Shown: positions 41,360-51,888 of the stretch, in pieces
Numbering within the stretch: position 1 is the stretch's first letter
Layout of the letters: the number at the start of each line of letters is the position of its first letter
Source: Nitrospirota bacterium
GTDB lineage: Bacteria > Nitrospirota > UBA9217
DNA length: 64,000 nucleotides
Direction of reading: 5' to 3'
Assembly (NCBI GenBank): GCA_963749655.1
Contig: CAVVOB010000022.1
Coordinates: forward strand, 32,001 to 96,000
Made by a program: the position numbers and the translations under genes
The notes under the pieces: generated by a model
The model's database searches: none
The model's input: only the letters and a program-made list of their open reading frames with translations
Told to the model about the DNA's origin: nothing

Positions 41360-43405
41360 ATGCCGAAAATATTGATCGTTGAAGACAGCCAGAAGCTTTC
41401 CGACCTGATCGCCAGATTCCTGAAAAAGAAGGGAATGGATGCCGAAGTCGCAAACGACGGCATCAACGCGGTCAGTTCCTTCCTGGCGGATACCTATGAC
41501 CTCCTGTTCGTGCACCGGGAGCTCCCGAGGATGGACGGCGTTGCTTTTTGCAGAAAAATACGCGAACTGCCGAAGGGGAAAGAAAGTCCCGATCATCATG
41601 ATGAGCGGGTTGCTGAAGCAGCCGGCGGACATCGCGGCCCTCAAGGAGGACCTCCGGCTCTCGGACTTTCTGACAACACCCTTTACCGTCGACATCCTGC
41701 TTTCATCGATCCTGTCCTCGCTCGGCGCCGCCCCTGCCGACGCTCCGCCCCCCCAGGCGCCGCCGCAGCCCCCGGCAGACCAGCAGGTTCGGGCGCTCAA
41801 GGGCAGTCTCGAAAAAATGCCCTTTGAACGGGTACTCTTTTACCTGCTCCAGCATAAAAGGACCGGAGTCCTGACGCTGACCAGGGATTCGGTCAATCGG
41901 ACCTATTTTCTGATCGACGGGGCCGTGACAGACCTGGACTATCGCGCCCGAGGACAGCGACTTCGGAGACTACCTGGCCGGGAGGAAGCTGGTCGAGGCA
42001 GCGGAACTCCGTGAATATAAAGAGCGGCGGAAACAGGATGGGGCCGACTGTCGGGATCTTATTCGTGAAGATGGGATGTCTAACGCCGGCGCAATTCCTT
42101 GAGGAAAACAGGAATTTTCTGCAGGATCGCCTGTTGGAATCGTTCGCCTGGAAGACCGGATCGATCACTTTTGAGCCTTCACCCTCGGCCATGAGCACGT
42201 TTCCGCCTGCGGCCGTGTTCATGCCCGCGCTGTTCTATCTGGGTTTTCACGGGATGCCTTCGCCGCCGCCGTCCGCTCCTTCATAAGCGAAAAAGGAAAG
42301 CTTTTCCCGGTCGAGGACAGCGGAATTCTTCGAGTATCAGAACCATCTTTCCGCGGACGCAGCGGTGACCGAGGCGCTCGATCTTTGTGACGGTCCGAAA
42401 ACCTGCTCGGAGATCCTCGGCTCCACCGATGCCGGAGACAGCGCGGTGCTCCTGTACACCCTGGATTACCTTAAGTGTCTTTCCTACAGCGAAACACCGG
42501 TTAAGACCTCTGTTCCGCCTCCGTTTCCCCTGCGCGAGCGGATGCGCGATGCCTGCGGACGAGAGTCACGGAAAAGTTCGAGGATCTCCGGGGAGAACTG
42601 AACGAGCTGGCAGACGAGGTCGGCTCTTTCGACCCGGCGCTGTTGACCCAGGCGGCGCCTGCCCAGACCGAGGGGCTTTCCGGTCTGGAGGAGGACTTGA
42701 AGCAGAGCTGGGAAGCGCCATCAAGGACAAGAACTATTACGAAATGTTCGGGATGACAGCAGAACAACATTCTCCTTTGACAAACTGAAAAAAGCCTATT
42801 TCGAACTGACGAAAACGTACGGCCCGGAAAAATTCTTCGCCAGCTCGAGCGAAATCATGAGCCTGGCCGGTGAGATGCTGTCCAAGGTTTCGAATGCATA
42901 TGAAACGCTGACGAACGTGGTTTCGAAGGAGAACTACGACGAGCTGTTGGCATCTCAGGAAGAGGTGCCGGAAAAGGTCGACGACAAACAGTTTTACGAG
43001 CAGATCCAGTTCCAGTCGGGGAAAGTGTTCATAGAGCAGAGTCAGTACGACAGCGCGGAGAAGGCCTTCACGAACTGCCTCACCATCGATCCGGAGAAGT
43101 CAGAGTATCTCGCGTACCTGGCCATTGCAATCTACCACAACCCCGCGAACAGGGGGAATCTCGCGGCGATCAAACGCGCGAAGGACCTGGTCAACAAGTC
43201 GCTGCAGAAGGGAAAGCTTTCCGTTGCCTACGCCCTGAAAGGCACGATCTACCTCGATGAAGGCGGCATCAATTTCGCCGAAGCGGAGTTCTTCAAGGCG
43301 CTCAAGCTCAACCCGAACAACAAGACGGCCCTCAAGAAGCTGGAGGTGATCAGGTTGAAACGGGAAGAGGAAAGCAAGGGCCTTTTCCGGAAAATATTCA
43401 AGTAG
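41360..43405 (+). CDS. REC - DUF4388-like - J-like - TPR multidomain protein, multiply frameshifted
   Basis: KILIVED; LKGSLEKMPFERVL..RTGVL; NYYEMFG..KKAYFEL; TPR C-terminus across ORF fragments. Confidence 0.7.
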
Positions 43406-43467
43406 GCGGGAAATGACAGTTCAGGGCTCTGAGCTGGAGGTTACTGGATTCCACTGCCTGCTGCGGA

Positions 43468-44286
43468 TTATTTCAGGCGGCGCTGGCGGAAGGCTTCATA
43501 GAGGATCACTGCTGCCGACGTTGCAACGTTCAGCGAATCTATCGTCTCGGCCATCGGGATCCTGACGGCATGATCGATGCCTGATAAAATCTCCTGCGGC
43601 AGGCCCGAGCCTTCCCGTCCGAAAACGACGGCCGTCGGCCTGGTGAGGTCGATGTCGAAGTGCGTGGTGTCGCCCATCAGCGCTGCTCCGATCGTTTGGA
43701 ATCCCCGCTGTCTGCAGGCCGCGATGAATGCCGCCGTATCTGAAACCGGTACGACCGGCAGCCGCAGAATGCTGCCCATGGAAGCGCGCACTGCTTTTGC
43801 GTTGTAAGGGTCCACCGTGTTCGACGTGACAGCCAGGCCTGATGCGCCGACCGCCTCTGCGGTCCGTATGATCGTGCCGAGGTTGCCCGGATCCTGCAGC
43901 TGATGGGCGATGATGATCAGGGCGGAACCGTTTCCCAGCAGCTGTTCTTCGGGAAATGACCTCATCCCTACGACGGCCATGACGGGCTGCGGCGTTTTAT
44001 TCTCCGACAGCGCATCCATGAGGCGTTCGGAAATCCAGAGGATCTCGACTCCCGCTGCTTCGGCAAGCTTCAGCACTCCCTTCCCATGATGCTGTACGAG
44101 AGAAGGCGCGGCCACCACGAGCTTGACGCCGGCCCGGTCCCTGAGAGCTTCCTCGACCATCTTGATTCCCTCAACGAGGTATGACTGCTCCCGCTTGCGG
44201 TGCTTCGGGTCGGCCAGCGCGTGCAGTTGTTTTACGGCGCTGTTTTCCCTGCTCGCTATCGGGGTGTGAGGTGTTGTCCGGTGCAT
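43468..44286 (-). CDS. TrmH/SpoU family RNA methyltransferase
   Basis: QDPGNLGTIIRTA, FGREGSGL, IPM..SLNV motifs. Confidence 0.9.
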   Translation of the reverse strand: MHRTTPHTPIASRENSAVKQLHALADPKHRKREQSYLVEGIKMVEEALRDRAGVKLVVAAPSLVQHHGKGVLKLAEAAGVEILWISERLMDALSENKTPQPVMAVVGMRSFPEEQLLGNGSALIIIAHQLQDPGNLGTIIRTAEAVGASGLAVTSNTVDPYNAKAVRASMGSILRLPVVPVSDTAAFIAACRQRGFQTIGAALMGDTTHFDIDLTRPTAVVFGREGSGLPQEILSGIDHAVRIPMAETIDSLNVATSAAVILYEAFRQRRLK

Positions 44287-44477
44287 GCCGGACAGTATAA
44301 CACAGACTCCGACGCAGAGAAATCGAAAACCCCCTTTATCGTCAGGTGACAGTGCCCGCGCCTTCGCTTGTGTCGAAGTGAGGAGCATGAGTCCGCCCTT
44401 GTTCTTTTTCGGCGTAACCGCCGCGTTGTTTTTCTTCGTGAAAAGCCTCACTGCACTTTCTTTCGGTGAAAAACTTT

Positions 44478-44510
44478 ATACTTGACAGAAATGGTCAAGT
44501 TTGTTATTTT
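44478..44510 (+). promoter_or_regulatory. IscR type-1-like operator overlapping a sigma70 promoter
   Basis: ATACTTGAC-N7-GTCAAGTTT palindrome containing TTGACA; TG-n-TATTTT -10. Confidence 0.7.
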
Positions 44511-44581
44511 TAATCAGGCGTCTGAAAGGATTTAAATGGTCCTGTTTACGTCCCCCGATGCTTTCGGGGCATAAGAAAAGA

Positions 44582-45061
44582 ATGAAGCTCTCTACCAAAG
44601 GAAAATACGGCGTTCGGGCGGTTTTCGAGATTGCGCGGCACTACGGGAAAGGTCCGATCACCATCAAGGAGATCGCGGACCGCCAGGGAATATCCTTTTC
44701 CTATCTCGAGCAGATTCTGCACAAGCTGGGGAAAGCCGGCGTGATAGAAAGCGTGCGGGGCCCGGCGGGAGGATATCTGCTCGCGCGAAAGCCCGGCGAT
44801 CTGACCATCGGCGACATCGTCCGGACGCTGGAAGGCCCCATCGCACTGTCTCATTGCCTCGAACCGGGCGAGGCCGGCGATTGCAACCAGGCGGATGACT
44901 GCGTGGCGCGTATGGTATGGGTCAAGGTGGGCGCCAAGATAGAAGAGGCCCTGGACAGCATCAGTTTTGACGATCTCCTCCATCAGCATAATGAGCAGAA
45001 AGCTCCGGTCACTCTGAAACTCAGGAAGAAGACGGCTCTGGCCGGGAAGGGGGCATGTTAA
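44582..45061 (+). CDS. iscR: Rrf2 family regulator (IscR-like)
   Basis: MKLSTKGKYG, SYLEQ, SVRGPAGGY motifs; three Cys; upstream of iscSU. Confidence 0.8.
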   Translation: MKLSTKGKYGVRAVFEIARHYGKGPITIKEIADRQGISFSYLEQILHKLGKAGVIESVRGPAGGYLLARKPGDLTIGDIVRTLEGPIALSHCLEPGEAGDCNQADDCVARMVWVKVGAKIEEALDSISFDDLLHQHNEQKAPVTLKLRKKTALAGKGAC

Positions 45062-45062
45062 C

Positions 45063-46247
45063 ATGAGAAAAGTCTATCTTGACCACGCAGCTACGACGCC
45101 GGTCCACCCGAAGGTCCTCGAGGCGATGCTTCCTTTTTTTTCCGGCAGATTCGGCAATCCTTCCAACCTGCATGATATCGGCAGGGAGGCGAAGAATGCC
45201 GTTGAGGAAGCCCGCGCGAAAACCGCCGCCCTGATCGGCGCAAAGCCTGAGGAGATTTTTTTTACCGCAAGCGGAGCCGAATCGAACAATTTTGCCCTTA
45301 AGGGCCTCGCGCAGGCGAACAGTCAGAAGGGCAAACACATCATCGTCTCGCAGCTCGAGCATTTTTCGGTGCTCCATCCGGCCAAGACGCTCGAGAAATC
45401 CGGCTTCACGGTGACGGCCCTCCCGACGGACCGTGAGGGGCTGGTGAATCCCGACGATGTGGCAAAGGCCATTACGAAAGACACGGTCCTCGTTTCGATC
45501 ATGCACGCGAATAATGAAATCGGCACGATCGAACCGATCGAAGAAATTTCGAAGATCACGCGGGAACGGGGCGTTTTGTTCCATACCGATGCAGTGGCGA
45601 CCACGGGCTGGGTACCGGTCAACGTCGGAGCTCTCGGCGTGGACGCACTCTCGCTTTCAGGCCATCAGTTTTACGGGCCGAAAGGCGCCGCAGCGCTTTT
45701 CGTCCGAAAAGGGGTCCGCATCAAACCGCAGATCGAAGGCGGGATCCAGGAGGAAGGGCGGCGCGCCGGGACGGAGAACGTGCCCGGCATCGTGGGCCTC
45801 GGAAGAGCTGCGGAACTTGCGGCGGCCGAGATCCCGCAGCGGATGAGCTACCTTGCCCCGCTTCGCGACCGTCTGCAGAAGGGCCTTCTGGACAAGATCG
45901 ACCACATGGTGATCAACGGGCATCCGACGAAGCGGTTGCCGCACAACCTGAACGTGTCGATGTGGTACGTCGAGGGAGAGTCGATGCTCCTGTTTTTGAA
46001 CATGGAAGGGATCTCGGTATCGAGCGGCTCCGCATGCACGTCGCGGTCGCTGAAATCATCACACGTTCTTACCTGCATCGGCACCGACGCCGCCGTTGCA
46101 AACGGAACGCTGCTGCTTTCGCTCGGCATGGGAAATACGAAAGAAGATATCGATTACGTTACGGAGAAGCTGCCCCCCATTGTTCAGCGGCTGCGGGAGA
46201 TGTCTCCTCTGTATGAAGATATGATCAAAAAAGAAAAAGTCCGGTGA
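45063..46247 (+). CDS. iscS: Cysteine desulfurase (IscS/NifS type)
   Basis: YLDHAATTP, HANNEIG, SSGSACTS motifs; the usual PLP-lysine HK reads HQ (SGHQFYGPKG). Confidence 0.88.
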   Translation: MRKVYLDHAATTPVHPKVLEAMLPFFSGRFGNPSNLHDIGREAKNAVEEARAKTAALIGAKPEEIFFTASGAESNNFALKGLAQANSQKGKHIIVSQLEHFSVLHPAKTLEKSGFTVTALPTDREGLVNPDDVAKAITKDTVLVSIMHANNEIGTIEPIEEISKITRERGVLFHTDAVATTGWVPVNVGALGVDALSLSGHQFYGPKGAAALFVRKGVRIKPQIEGGIQEEGRRAGTENVPGIVGLGRAAELAAAEIPQRMSYLAPLRDRLQKGLLDKIDHMVINGHPTKRLPHNLNVSMWYVEGESMLLFLNMEGISVSSGSACTSRSLKSSHVLTCIGTDAAVANGTLLLSLGMGNTKEDIDYVTEKLPPIVQRLREMSPLYEDMIKKEKVR

Positions 46248-46257
46248 GGAGGACCAC

Positions 46258-46686
46258 ATGGAACAGTACAGTTCGAAAGTAATGGAACATTTCGCCCATC
46301 CGCACAATGTGGGCGAGATAGAAAACGCCGACGGCGTGGGCACGGTCGGGAACCCGGTGTGCGGCGATGTCATGCGCCTTTATATCAAGGTGGAAGGCGA
46401 CGTGATTGCCGATGCAAAGTTCAAGACCTTCGGATGCGGCGCGGCCATCGCCACAAGCAGCATGGTGACCGATCTGGTGAAGGGAAAAACCATCAATGAA
46501 GCGCTCAAGATCTCGAACGCCGCCGTTGCGGAGGCGCTCGGGGGCCTGCCGAAGGTGAAAATGCATTGTTCCGTGCTGGCAGAGGAAGCGCTGAAATCCG
46601 CCCTCGACGATTACTACAAGAAAAAGGGCGTTCCTTCTCCGGTAAAAATATCCGCGGAAACAGGCCACGAACACGAGATGGAATGA
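46258..46686 (+). CDS. iscU: Fe-S scaffold protein (IscU/NifU N-terminal)
   Basis: GNPVCGD, FKTFGCG, KMHCS motifs. Confidence 0.92.
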   Translation: MEQYSSKVMEHFAHPHNVGEIENADGVGTVGNPVCGDVMRLYIKVEGDVIADAKFKTFGCGAAIATSSMVTDLVKGKTINEALKISNAAVAEALGGLPKVKMHCSVLAEEALKSALDDYYKKKGVPSPVKISAETGHEHEME

Positions 46687-46777
46687 TCCGGTTGCGAATG
46701 CCGATTTCGGACCGTCGGCTGACCGGCTCATAGGATGATCGAAAATCCGCAATCCGGAAAGAGAAAAGGATTTAAGC

Positions 46778-47020
46778 GTGGATATTAAAGACATCAAACC
46801 CGATGCCGTGCTGGACTGTGTCGGCCTGGCTTGCCCCATGCCGATCTTCAAGGCCTCCAGCAAAATCAAGGAATTGAAAACCGGTCAGGTTCTTGAGGTG
46901 CAGTCCGATGATGACGGCATTGTAAAGGACATGCCGGCGTGGTGCCGGCTTACCGGCAACGAATATCTCGGCTTGACCGAGAATGGCGGCGAGTACCACG
47001 TATATGTGCGTAAGCAGTAA
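46778..47020 (+). CDS. tusA: TusA family sulfurtransferase
   Basis: LDCVGLACPMP, SDD, DMPAWC motifs. Confidence 0.85.
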   Translation: MDIKDIKPDAVLDCVGLACPMPIFKASSKIKELKTGQVLEVQSDDDGIVKDMPAWCRLTGNEYLGLTENGGEYHVYVRKQ

Positions 47021-47334
47021 GTAAGCACTATCATCCTTATTCGCTCCGTCCGGCATTTCCGCAACACCATAAGCAGGAGACACCGTCGGGGGAAAGCGAT
47101 GCATGCCGGCAGGCGTTACCGTGTCCACAGTCAGGGAGGTTCGTGTCAGTTCGGCGTGGGTCCGACCTTTCGGCGGCCTTCGCACTGATCAGCAGTACTG
47201 CCGTTTTCACTCAACCGTCGCCCCCTGCTCGTCGGACATCGTGATATGCTTAATGATGCGGGCTGGTTCTCAGGATCGCTGGAGGGAGAAAGCCTCTTCG
47301 GAGGTTTTCCCGGTTCCCTCAGAGTGCTTTTGCC

Positions 47335-48300
47335 ATGAACGCTTCCGGAGTCTATACCGTCGTCATCGTCGGGCTCGGTGCCATCGGGACCGTTTTTGCA
47401 ACGCTGCTTAAAAAGGCGGGACACTCCGTCTTTGCGCTGACGAAGGACAAGCATCTTCCTGCTCTCGCGGACCGGAAAGTCCGGATCTCCGGTATATGGG
47501 GCGAACACGAGTCCGCGCTCGACGGCGTTTACAGTTCCATCGGCCTGCTTGCCGAAAAGCGTCCCGACATCATCCTCATCACCGTCAAATCCTATGACAC
47601 GCTCGCAGCGATCGAACAGGTAAAGCAACTAGTGGGCCGAGAGACGCTCGTAATCTCGGCGCAGAACGGCTACGGCAATTATGAAACGTTGTCCTCTGCC
47701 GTCGGAGAGGACCATACCCTGCTGGCGAGAATCATCTTCGGCGCGAAACTTTCCGCCCCCGGCAGGGCCGAGGTTACGGTCATTGCGGACGACGTACGCA
47801 TCGGTCAGCCGCACGGCGCTGTCGAGTCGGAGCGGATCCGGGAAATAGCCTCGGTTTTTACGTCAGCCGGGATACCCACCGTCTATGCGGGGAACGTCGA
47901 GGCGGTCCTTTGGGACAAGATCCTCTACAACGCGGCGCTGAATCCGCTCGGAGCGCTTCTCGAATGCACGTACGGGCAGCTTGCGGAGAACGCCGAATCT
48001 CGTCAGGTCATGGATGCGGTCATCGATGAAATCTTTGCCGTCGCACGCGCGAACGGGATTCCGCTTGCCTGGCCGTCCCCGGAGGCGTACCGCAAGCACT
48101 TCTATGGCAGACTGGTTCCTCCAACGGCAAAGCATTATCCGTCCATGTACTACGATGTAAAGGCAGGCAAGCGGCTGGAGATCGACGCCCTGAACGGAGC
48201 CGTCGTGCGGCTCGCTCGTGAAAAAGGGATCCCGGCTCCGGTGAACGAGACCGTTACAAACCTCATCAAGGCGAAAGAAATGATGGCAAGGAAACCGTAA
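47335..48300 (+). CDS. panE: 2-dehydropantoate 2-reductase
   Basis: GLGAIG, VKSYD, QNG, WDKILYN, SMYYD, EIDALNG motifs. Confidence 0.85.
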   Translation: MNASGVYTVVIVGLGAIGTVFATLLKKAGHSVFALTKDKHLPALADRKVRISGIWGEHESALDGVYSSIGLLAEKRPDIILITVKSYDTLAAIEQVKQLVGRETLVISAQNGYGNYETLSSAVGEDHTLLARIIFGAKLSAPGRAEVTVIADDVRIGQPHGAVESERIREIASVFTSAGIPTVYAGNVEAVLWDKILYNAALNPLGALLECTYGQLAENAESRQVMDAVIDEIFAVARANGIPLAWPSPEAYRKHFYGRLVPPTAKHYPSMYYDVKAGKRLEIDALNGAVVRLAREKGIPAPVNETVTNLIKAKEMMARKP

Positions 48301-48474
48301 ATGCCCTTTCGCTGGCCACCACAAGGAGGCAGAACGGGCGCCTGCTCCTGGTTGTGGAAGCCGACGTACTTTCTGAGCAACAAAGGCGTTTCATCGGATT
48401 CACAACCGAACATCGCCCGATGATCATTGAGAACCCGTCGGCATCCGTTTCCACACTGAATCTCGGGAGGACCC

Positions 48475-48921
48475 ATGGACGAATTTATGACGGCAGCGAT
48501 CGAGGAGGCCGCCGCCGGGAAAAATGAAGGAGGCATTCCCATCGGCGCGGTGCTGGTATACGGCGGACAGATCATCGGACGCGGTCATAACCGCCGCGTA
48601 CAAAAGGAAAGCGCCATCCTGCACGCGGAGATGGACGCACTGGAGAACGCCGGCCGATTGTCGCCCGCCATCTATCACGCTACGACCCTCTACACCACGT
48701 TGTCCCCCTGTGTCATGTGCAGCGGGGCCATTCTGCTGTACGGCATACCGCGCGTGGTCATCGGCGAGAACATGTCTTTCAAGGGGGAGGAAGCATTGCT
48801 GAGGAGCCGCGGGGTCAGAGTGGACGTACTTCAGGATTCCCGCTGTATGATGCTTATGATGGAGTTCATCCAGACCGAGCCGGACCTCTGGTTCGAGGAC
48901 ATCGGGAAAGAGGGGCCGTGA
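48475..48921 (+). CDS. Nucleoside/cytosine deaminase (Zn-dependent, CDA superfamily)
   Basis: HAE and PCVMC motifs; WFEDIG C-terminus. Confidence 0.88.
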   Translation: MDEFMTAAIEEAAAGKNEGGIPIGAVLVYGGQIIGRGHNRRVQKESAILHAEMDALENAGRLSPAIYHATTLYTTLSPCVMCSGAILLYGIPRVVIGENMSFKGEEALLRSRGVRVDVLQDSRCMMLMMEFIQTEPDLWFEDIGKEGP

Positions 48922-49096
48922 ATTCTGAATGAACGGCTCCTCCCGCATTTCGGTGCCCTGCCTCAACCCATCGATTCCGCCGATTTCCTGTTTTTTTCCT
49001 TCTTGCCTTGCCATTCTTTTTGTGATACCGTTTCGCTTCTTCACCTTGGAGACAACACCCACCGGCATTCCAGGCGATCAGGGAGCGGATTTTTTC

Positions 49097-49696
49097 ATGG
49101 AAATAGTCCTTGCCACGCGCAATAAGAAAAAAATAGAAGAGATCAGGCGGATCATCGCCGATCTGCCCATAACCATCCTGTCTCTTGATGACTTTCCCGG
49201 TTGTCCTGAAACCGTGGAGGACAGGGATACATTCGAAGGAAATGCCGTAAAAAAAGCTGTTGAGGTCTGCACCTGGACAGGCAATCCGGCCCTTGCTGAT
49301 GATTCCGGCCTAGAGGTTGATGCGCTGAACGGAGCGCCGGGAGTTTATTCAGCGCGGTATGCAGGAGGCAGCAGTGTAAATGATGTAAAAAATTATGAAA
49401 AGATACTTTCCCAAATTATTACTGTTGAGAGCGGGAAAAGGGGGGCTCAATTCGTTTGTTGTATGGCATTGGCCTTGCCGGGTGGGGAAGTATATACTTT
49501 TTTTGGGTATTCCGAGGGCAGCATAAGCCTGGATCCAAGGGGAAACTCGGGTTTTGGATACGATCCGATATTCATCCCAGTGGGATACAACAGGACATTT
49601 GGCGAGATGTCTGCCTTAGAGAAGGACCACCTCAGTCACAGAGGAAAAGCTCTTGAAAAATTAGCTGAATTTCTTCATTCGCGTCCCCATTTATAA
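49097..49696 (+). CDS. rdgB: Non-canonical purine NTP pyrophosphatase
   Basis: LATRNKKK, ADDSGL, PGVYSAR, GFGYDPIF, SHR motifs. Confidence 0.92.
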   Translation: MEIVLATRNKKKIEEIRRIIADLPITILSLDDFPGCPETVEDRDTFEGNAVKKAVEVCTWTGNPALADDSGLEVDALNGAPGVYSARYAGGSSVNDVKNYEKILSQIITVESGKRGAQFVCCMALALPGGEVYTFFGYSEGSISLDPRGNSGFGYDPIFIPVGYNRTFGEMSALEKDHLSHRGKALEKLAEFLHSRPHL

Positions 49697-49845
49697 ACAA
49701 AACTAATATTCAAATTATAATTTTTAACTTGAAAAATAACTCGTTTTAAACGATTATAGGCCGGTTAAAAATCATCAAAGGGTTTGGTGCGTCCTTTAGC
49801 GTTCTCTTCCGAATAAAATCTTAATCCTACTGGAGGATCGTTCTC

Positions 49846-50496
49846 ATGGCCAAGAGAGTCGTCTTACTTGGAGCTCCCGGTGCAGGCAAAGGCACGCAGG
49901 CGAAGATGCTGATCGAAAAATACAAAATTCCGCAGATTTCCACGGGAGACATTCTGCGCAAGGCCGTGGCAGACGGCACGCCCCTCGGCAAGGAAGCCAA
50001 GGTGATCATGGACCAGGGCGGCCTCGTATCCGACAAAATCGTGCTCGGCCTCGTTGAGGAACGCATCAAACAGCCGGACTGCAAAGGCGGGTTCATTCTC
50101 GACGGGTTCCCGCGCAACACTGCCCAAGCCGAAGCGCTTGACAAGATGCTCTCCTCCATGGGGGCACCTCTCACCATTGCACTCAACATCGACGTTGATA
50201 TGAACGACCTCCTCAAACGGCTCACCGGACGCAGGACCTGCAAAGGCTGCCAGCAGATGTACAATATCTTTTTCTCAGCACCCAAGAAAGACGGAGTTTG
50301 CGACAAGTGCGGCGGCTCGCTGTTCCAGCGCGACGACGACAAGGAAGAAACGATCAAGAAGCGCCTCGATGTATATCAGAAGCAGACCGCTCCTCTTATC
50401 GACTACTACTCCAAGAAGAACATCATGAAAACGGTCATGGGAGTCGGCAGCATCAACGATATCTTCAACAAGGTCACGGCCGTTCTGGGAGCATAG
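49846..50496 (+). CDS. adk: Adenylate kinase with Zn-lid
   Basis: GAPGAGKGTQ, LDGFPR, CxxC..CxxC, RDDD motifs. Confidence 0.95.
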   Translation: MAKRVVLLGAPGAGKGTQAKMLIEKYKIPQISTGDILRKAVADGTPLGKEAKVIMDQGGLVSDKIVLGLVEERIKQPDCKGGFILDGFPRNTAQAEALDKMLSSMGAPLTIALNIDVDMNDLLKRLTGRRTCKGCQQMYNIFFSAPKKDGVCDKCGGSLFQRDDDKEETIKKRLDVYQKQTAPLIDYYSKKNIMKTVMGVGSINDIFNKVTAVLGA

Positions 50497-50586
50497 GGAA
50501 TCACGATAGGCCTTGGGGAACCGAGGACCTATTTCCGTTTTCGTAGACATTGATCTTATCTAAATTCTTTCAAGGAGGAAAATGTC

Positions 50587-51828
50587 ATGGCACTGGTAAA
50601 GCCTCACGGTAAAAAGAAGAAGCTCATGCCGCTTCTTCTCGAAGGGGCGGCCCTTCAGAAAGAGCTCAAGAAGGCAGCAAAGCTGAAGCAGCTCAAGATC
50701 TCATCGCGCGAGACCGCAGACCTCGTGATGATGGGAATCGGCGCTTTCACGCCGCTCACGGGATTCATGACCAAGAAGGACTGGAAGGGCGTGTGCGACA
50801 AGTACAAACTGGCGGACGGCACGTTCTGGCCGGTACCGGTCACGTTGTCCGCATCTGCGGACTTCGCCGCGTCGCTCAAGAAGAACGAAGAGATCGCCCT
50901 TGTGGACGACGAGTCGGGCACGATGATGGCCACCATGAAGGTGACCGAGAAGTATGCCATGACCAAGGCCGACAAGGAGCATGAGTGCAAGCAGATCTTC
51001 CGCACCAATGATGTCGCAGGCCACCCCGGTGTGCAGAAGGTCATGAATCAGCCTGATGTCAACCTGGCCGGTCCTGTAAAGGTTCTCTCGGAGGCCCATT
51101 TCCCCGAGACCTTCAAGGGCATTTACATGAAGCCGGTCGAGACCCGCAAAATGTTCGAGGCCAAAGGCTGGAGCACGATCGCTGCGTTCCAGACCCGGAA
51201 CCCCATGCACCGTTCGCACGAGTACCTTGCAAAGATCGCCATCGAGACCATGGACGGCGTTCTGATCCACCAGATCCTCGGCAAGCTCAAAGAGGGCGAT
51301 ATCCCGGCCGATGTGCGCGCCGATGCGATCAACACCCTGATGGACAAGTACTTTGTAAAGGATTCCTGCATCCAGTGCGGTTATCCCATGGAGATGCGCT
51401 ATGCCGGACCCCGTGAAGCATTGCTTCACGCGCTCTTCCGCCAGAACTTCGGCTGCAGCCACCTGATCGTCGGCCGCGACCATGCCGGCGTGGGCGACTA
51501 CTACGGCCCGTTCGATGCGCAGAAGATTTTCGACGAGATCCCGAAGGGCGCGCTCGAGACCCAGCCGCTCAAGATCGACCACACGTTCTACTGCTTCAAG
51601 TGCGACGGCATGGCTTCGATGCGGACCTGCCCCCACCAGAAGGAAGACCGGCTCATGCTCTCCGGCACCAAGCTCCGGAAGATGCTGTCCGAAGGCGAGA
51701 ACGTACCTGATCATTTCAGCCGTCCCGAAGTGCTCGAGATCCTCAAGAAGTACTATGCGGGCCTCACGGAGAAGGTGGAGATCAAGCTGCACAGCCATGC
51801 AGAGGGAACGCATACGGAGAAGAGATAA
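50587..51828 (+). CDS. sat: Sulfate adenylyltransferase (dissimilatory)
   Basis: [24 protein letters not shown] motifs. Confidence 0.96.
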   Translation: MALVKPHGKKKKLMPLLLEGAALQKELKKAAKLKQLKISSRETADLVMMGIGAFTPLTGFMTKKDWKGVCDKYKLADGTFWPVPVTLSASADFAASLKKNEEIALVDDESGTMMATMKVTEKYAMTKADKEHECKQIFRTNDVAGHPGVQKVMNQPDVNLAGPVKVLSEAHFPETFKGIYMKPVETRKMFEAKGWSTIAAFQTRNPMHRSHEYLAKIAIETMDGVLIHQILGKLKEGDIPADVRADAINTLMDKYFVKDSCIQCGYPMEMRYAGPREALLHALFRQNFGCSHLIVGRDHAGVGDYYGPFDAQKIFDEIPKGALETQPLKIDHTFYCFKCDGMASMRTCPHQKEDRLMLSGTKLRKMLSEGENVPDHFSRPEVLEILKKYYAGLTEKVEIKLHSHAEGTHTEKR

Positions 51829-51888
51829 CCAAGGTTTAACGACTGCAAGAGCAGTTAACTACATTCCATAGATAGGAGGTTCAGAACA

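Noticed and set aside
47072-47229. 6S RNA or SRP RNA
   Set aside because: Lacks the SRP GGAA/AGCAG core and the usual 6S context; kept only as an unassigned structure.
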